Source of the DNA: an uncultured Dehalococcoidales bacterium
GTDB taxonomy: Bacteria > Chloroflexota > Dehalococcoidia > GIF9 > UBA5629
Reading direction: 5' to 3'
Length of the DNA stretch: 41,478 nucleotides
Assembly: GCA_964616785.1 (NCBI GenBank)
Contig: CAZTRR010000001.1
Location: forward strand, 2,989 to 44,466
The position numbers and the translations under genes were made by a program. Every line of letters begins with the position of its first letter. Within the stretch, counting starts at the first letter, position 1. The notes below the pieces were generated by a model. That model made no database searches. It worked only from the letters and a program-made list of their open reading frames with translations, and had not been told where the DNA came from. Positions 37,895-41,478 of this stretch are shown one piece after another.

Positions 37895-38902
37895 GTGGCA
37901 GAGAAGAAACAGAAGGTCATACCCGATGAGTACATACCGGAGGTCAGAAGCCGGGTAGCCACTATCGACAATCAGGACTATTTGCTACAGAACGATGCTA
38001 TGTTCACCTTTTACGAACGCAGCATGGGGGAGCTTTCACCTTTTTTCCTGGCCATTAAAGATGAAAAGAAGGTCCTGGGTTGTAGATGTCCCAAGTGCGG
38101 CATTGTCCGGGTTCCCCCGATGGTGACCCATTGTCCGGACTGCGATTTTGCGGCTACCGAGTTGCTAGAAGTCGAGCAAGTAGGGAAGATGAACACCACC
38201 CCACCGATCACCTACTTCGCTACCTCGATGTTTATGGACAAAGCGCCGTTTGGAAGAGGGCGAGTAATACTGACCGGCGCCGATACGGCCTTGAGCGTGA
38301 TGCTCTACACCACAACAGGGATACTGGTTCCGGGCTTAATCAGGAAGGGCACTGAAGTGAAGGTAATATTCCGAGACCAACGTGTAGGGCAGATATCAGA
38401 CATCTACTGTGTGCCCACCAATGAACTCACGCCCGCTCAAATCACCAAGAAAGGTCTTCAAGAAACTGAATTGAACTGGGAAGCACCCAAGGAACCTGAA
38501 TTTCCTAAGCCAAGCAATGAAGATGTCACGGTGTACAGACAGTCTCTTGGAGAGATGCAAGCTCTGGCCGTTGAGATGAGCAGGTCGAAACGCGCTCGTA
38601 AAGCTATCGAAGGCTGGAAGCGGGACATCGCTGTCAAGACGAAGGGTGGGGAGTTTGCCATGTACATCGATGATGGCGACTTCAAGATTGAGGAAAAGAA
38701 GTTGAAGTCCCCCGATTTCATTATGGCATGTGAAGATCTGAGGACTCTCCTTGATGGCCTCATGTATAAAGGAGCCATAACCGACTCGGTGATAATGAAG
38801 AAGCTGTGGATAAGTAAAAACCTCGAGTTTAACACCATTTTCAAGTTAGACAGGTTAGCTCGATTTCTGGCCAGGGAGAAGAAAGAGCAAGCGGTGGAGT
38901 AA
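37895..38902 (+). CDS. DUF35 zinc-ribbon/OB-fold protein fused to a C-terminal SCP2-like domain
   Basis: LGCRCPKCG...PP...CPDC zinc ribbon, then OB fold (GTEVKVIF), then SCP2-like segment (PDFIM...LWISKN). Confidence 0.8.
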   Translation: MAEKKQKVIPDEYIPEVRSRVATIDNQDYLLQNDAMFTFYERSMGELSPFFLAIKDEKKVLGCRCPKCGIVRVPPMVTHCPDCDFAATELLEVEQVGKMNTTPPITYFATSMFMDKAPFGRGRVILTGADTALSVMLYTTTGILVPGLIRKGTEVKVIFRDQRVGQISDIYCVPTNELTPAQITKKGLQETELNWEAPKEPEFPKPSNEDVTVYRQSLGEMQALAVEMSRSKRARKAIEGWKRDIAVKTKGGEFAMYIDDGDFKIEEKKLKSPDFIMACEDLRTLLDGLMYKGAITDSVIMKKLWISKNLEFNTIFKLDRLARFLAREKKEQAVE

Positions 38903-39188
38903 CCAGGCGAGCGCCCGACAAAGCGGGGCAAGGCAACAGGTATCAGGAACTTTATGTCAAACGTGCTGCGGCAGGTGAAGCCACGCGGATTCGCGTTTGC
39001 TGAAGAGAAAGAGACAATCCCTGAATCCCCGAAGGAGATAGCCAGACCGCCGGATCGAAATACTGGGGACACAAGGAGGATAAGACGGGATATCGCCGGA
39101 CAGCGTCAGGGGGCACATCCACCGAATACCAAGACCTTATTGCTATTTGTGACATTCCTCTGGTAATAACAAGAAAAAGGAGGTCATC

Positions 39189-41141
39189 ATGGCTCAATTG
39201 TTGTGGGAGCCCTCGGAGGAACGAAAAAGGGACGCCAACCTAACCAAATTCACAGACTTTGTCAATAGCAGATATGGGCAGGGGTTCAGTTCCTACGATG
39301 AGCTATATTACTGGTCGATAAGTAACATCGCTGATTTCTGGGCTGCTATGTGGGATTTCGCTGACATCAAAGCTTCTAAGCGATATGAAAGCGTCGTGGA
39401 TGACCCTCACAACATGCCTGGCGCTCAATGGTTCCCTGGTGCAAGACTGAATTTTGCTGAGAACCTACTGAGGTATAGGGACAACCACGTAGCTCTTATA
39501 TTCAAGGGCGAAGACCAAGAACCGATCAAAGTCACCTATGGCAACCTTTATGACCAGGTCGCACGTCTGTCCAAGTCCTTGCGGGAGCAAGGGGTCGTCG
39601 TGGGGGACCGAGTAGCTGGATTCATGCCAAACATGATAGAGACTGTTGTTGCCATGCTAGCTACCACCAGTGTTGGCGCCGTATGGTCGTCCTGTTCCCC
39701 AGACTTCGGCATCAAAGGGGTCCTTGACCGCTTTGGACAGATACAACCGAAGATACTATTCACGGCCAACGGTTACACTTACAATGGGAGGGCTTTTGAC
39801 TCTCTCGAGCGAGTTGCCGGCATCTTAAGTGACTTGCCCTCTATCCAGAAGATAGTGGTCGTCCCCTACACGGAGAAAAGGGCGGACATTAACAGTATTC
39901 CCAACTCGATCCACTACGAGGATTTTTTGTCTCCTGAATCTGGGCTTGAGATCCAGTTTGAGCAAGTCCCCTCTGATCATCCGTTGTATATCATGTTTAC
40001 GTCAGGGACTACTGGCCTACCCAAGTGCATGGTTCAAGGTGTTGCCGGTGTCCTTATCAACCAGTTGAAGGAACTGAAACTCCTTAGCGACGTCAAGCGA
40101 GGCGACACCATTTTCTATTTCACTACCTGTGGCTGGATGATGTGGAATTGGCTGGTTTGCTCCCTTGCCCTCGGCGCTACTGTGTTGCTCTACGACGGTT
40201 CAGCTTTCCATCCTGATGCCGGCGTATTATGGAAATTGGCTCAGGACGAGAAGATAACCATATTTGGCACCAGCTCCAGATATCTGGCTGAGGTGGAAAG
40301 GCGTGAGCTAAAGCCCGGCAGAGAATATGACTTAAGTCGGTTAAAGGCCGTTTTGTCCACCGGTTCTCCTTTGTCCGTCGAGAGTTTTGAATTCGTCTAC
40401 CGGGATATCAAGAAGGATGTGCTCCTTTCCTCGATTTCAGGCGGCAGTGACATCAATGGATGTTTCGCCGGAGGCAACCCTATTGGGCCGGTCTACGCTG
40501 GTGAGCTCCAGCGGCGATGCCTGGGCATGAGCGTAGAGGTATTTGATGCGCAGGGGCATTCGGTGAAGAATCAAAAAGGTGAGCTTGTCTGCACTGCGGC
40601 TTCTCCATCCATGCCCCTCTATTTCTGGAATGACCCGAATGACCAGAGGTACCATAGCGCATATTTTGATGTCTACCCCGGGGTGTGGCGCCACGGGGAC
40701 TTCGCTGAGATAACTGAGAATGACGGTATTATCATGTATGGGCGCTCCGATGCTACGCTTAATCCGGGAGGAGTGCGGATAGGCACCGCGGAGATCTATC
40801 GCCAGGTAGAGACTCTCGACGAGGTAGTAGACAGCCTTGTGGTAGGTCAGAATTGGGAAAACGATGTCAGAGTTATCTTGTTCGTCAAACTGGCCGAGGG
40901 TGTGGAACTAGACGATGACCTGATTAAGAAGATAAAGACGACGATCCGGCAGAACACCACTCCACGTCACGTCCCGGCCAAGGTGATGGCCATCGATGAT
41001 ATCCCTTACACCATTAACATGAAAAAAGTTGAACTGGCAGTATGGAACGTGATTCACGGTGAGCCAGTGCTGAATCTGGATGCTCTGGCCAACCCGCAGT
41101 CTCTGGACCTATACAGAAACATCAAAGAACTTCAAACGTGA
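39189..41141 (+). CDS. Acetoacetate--CoA ligase
   Basis: WFPGARLNFAENLL, WSSCSPDFG, YIMFTSGTTGLPKC, TTCGWMMWNW, SISGG.D, GRSDATLNPGGVRIGTAEIY, KKVE. Confidence 0.92.
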   Translation: MAQLLWEPSEERKRDANLTKFTDFVNSRYGQGFSSYDELYYWSISNIADFWAAMWDFADIKASKRYESVVDDPHNMPGAQWFPGARLNFAENLLRYRDNHVALIFKGEDQEPIKVTYGNLYDQVARLSKSLREQGVVVGDRVAGFMPNMIETVVAMLATTSVGAVWSSCSPDFGIKGVLDRFGQIQPKILFTANGYTYNGRAFDSLERVAGILSDLPSIQKIVVVPYTEKRADINSIPNSIHYEDFLSPESGLEIQFEQVPSDHPLYIMFTSGTTGLPKCMVQGVAGVLINQLKELKLLSDVKRGDTIFYFTTCGWMMWNWLVCSLALGATVLLYDGSAFHPDAGVLWKLAQDEKITIFGTSSRYLAEVERRELKPGREYDLSRLKAVLSTGSPLSVESFEFVYRDIKKDVLLSSISGGSDINGCFAGGNPIGPVYAGELQRRCLGMSVEVFDAQGHSVKNQKGELVCTAASPSMPLYFWNDPNDQRYHSAYFDVYPGVWRHGDFAEITENDGIIMYGRSDATLNPGGVRIGTAEIYRQVETLDEVVDSLVVGQNWENDVRVILFVKLAEGVELDDDLIKKIKTTIRQNTTPRHVPAKVMAIDDIPYTINMKKVELAVWNVIHGEPVLNLDALANPQSLDLYRNIKELQT

Positions 41142-41232
41142 CCCGCTGAGTCGCGGACACCTTAGCTCAATGCAAGTTGAAACAGCGGCCGGCGGGTTTC
41201 TCTCACTGGCAGCACCGTGTCATATGGTACAT

Positions 41233-41262
41233 TTGACACATCTGAGGAATCAGAGCTACTAT
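41233..41262 (+). promoter_or_regulatory. Promoter for the 2-oxoacid oxidoreductase gene(s)
   Basis: TTGACA, 18 nt, TACTAT. Confidence 0.55.
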
Positions 41263-41314
41263 ATGTATTCGTGCCGTTTGAAACCTGAAACCTTATGTCA
41301 CCGGTATTAATGCA

Positions 41315-41478
41315 ATGGCGACAGAATCGTCTACTAACATGAAGCCCTTTGAGATTAGATGGCATGGTCGCGGTGGTCAGGGAGCTATAACCGCTGCCAA
41401 GATAGTAGCGGAGGCAGCCTACCTTGAGGGCTATCAAGGAGTGACCGCTGCTCCATCATTTGGCGCGGAAAGGAGAGG
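41315..41478 (+). CDS. 2-oxoacid:ferredoxin oxidoreductase gamma subunit (5' part; runs off the window)
   Basis: (MATESSTN)[27 protein letters not shown]...APSFGAERR; start at 41315 or 41339. Confidence 0.9.
   Translation, partial: MATESSTNMKPFEIRWHGRGGQGAITAAKIVAEAAYLEGYQGVTAAPSFGAERR

Noticed and set aside
38903-39188. 70-aa ORF or riboswitch upstream of the acetoacetate-CoA ligase
   Set aside because: No recognisable protein motif and no convincing aptamer consensus or structure by eye.

Overview
A 41.5 kb core-genome window of an anaerobic bacterium, most likely Dehalococcoidia (Chloroflexota); this is inferred from protein features and gene order, not from a search. Left to right: a partial MFS transporter; a truncated geranylgeranyl-reductase-like pseudogene; a Cys-rich YkgJ-like gene; a HydC/HydB/FdhA-type formate dehydrogenase with bifurcation signatures; NfnAB; a Trp T-box controlling trpB2; an MBL hydrolase; HtrA; a minus-strand rpsF-ssb-rpsR-rpmH-rnpA-yidD-(beta-propeller)-yidC-jag-ileS operon; ychF, ppsA, dGTPase, dnaG, rpoD; ffh; a PD-(D/E)XK nuclease; sbcC with no sbcD; a thiolase-like/DUF35-SCP2 pair; acetoacetate-CoA ligase; and the start of a 2-oxoacid:ferredoxin oxidoreductase gamma subunit. 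I saw no CRISPR array, tRNA, rRNA or transposase. Best leads: (1) a Trp-Lys-Trp mini-ORF with its own RBS between the T-box terminator and trpB2; (2) a thiolase-fold protein lacking the usual nucleophile Cys position, paired with DUF35-SCP2 next to acetoacetate-CoA ligase, a candidate retro-aldolase/HMG-CoA-lyase analogue; (3) an unannotated ~160-nt structured RNA between the nuclease and sbcC; (4) IleRS2 with a GIHH motif; (5) a hidden minus-strand transcript encoding a 39-aa hydrophobic peptide. All functional calls come from reading motifs by eye.
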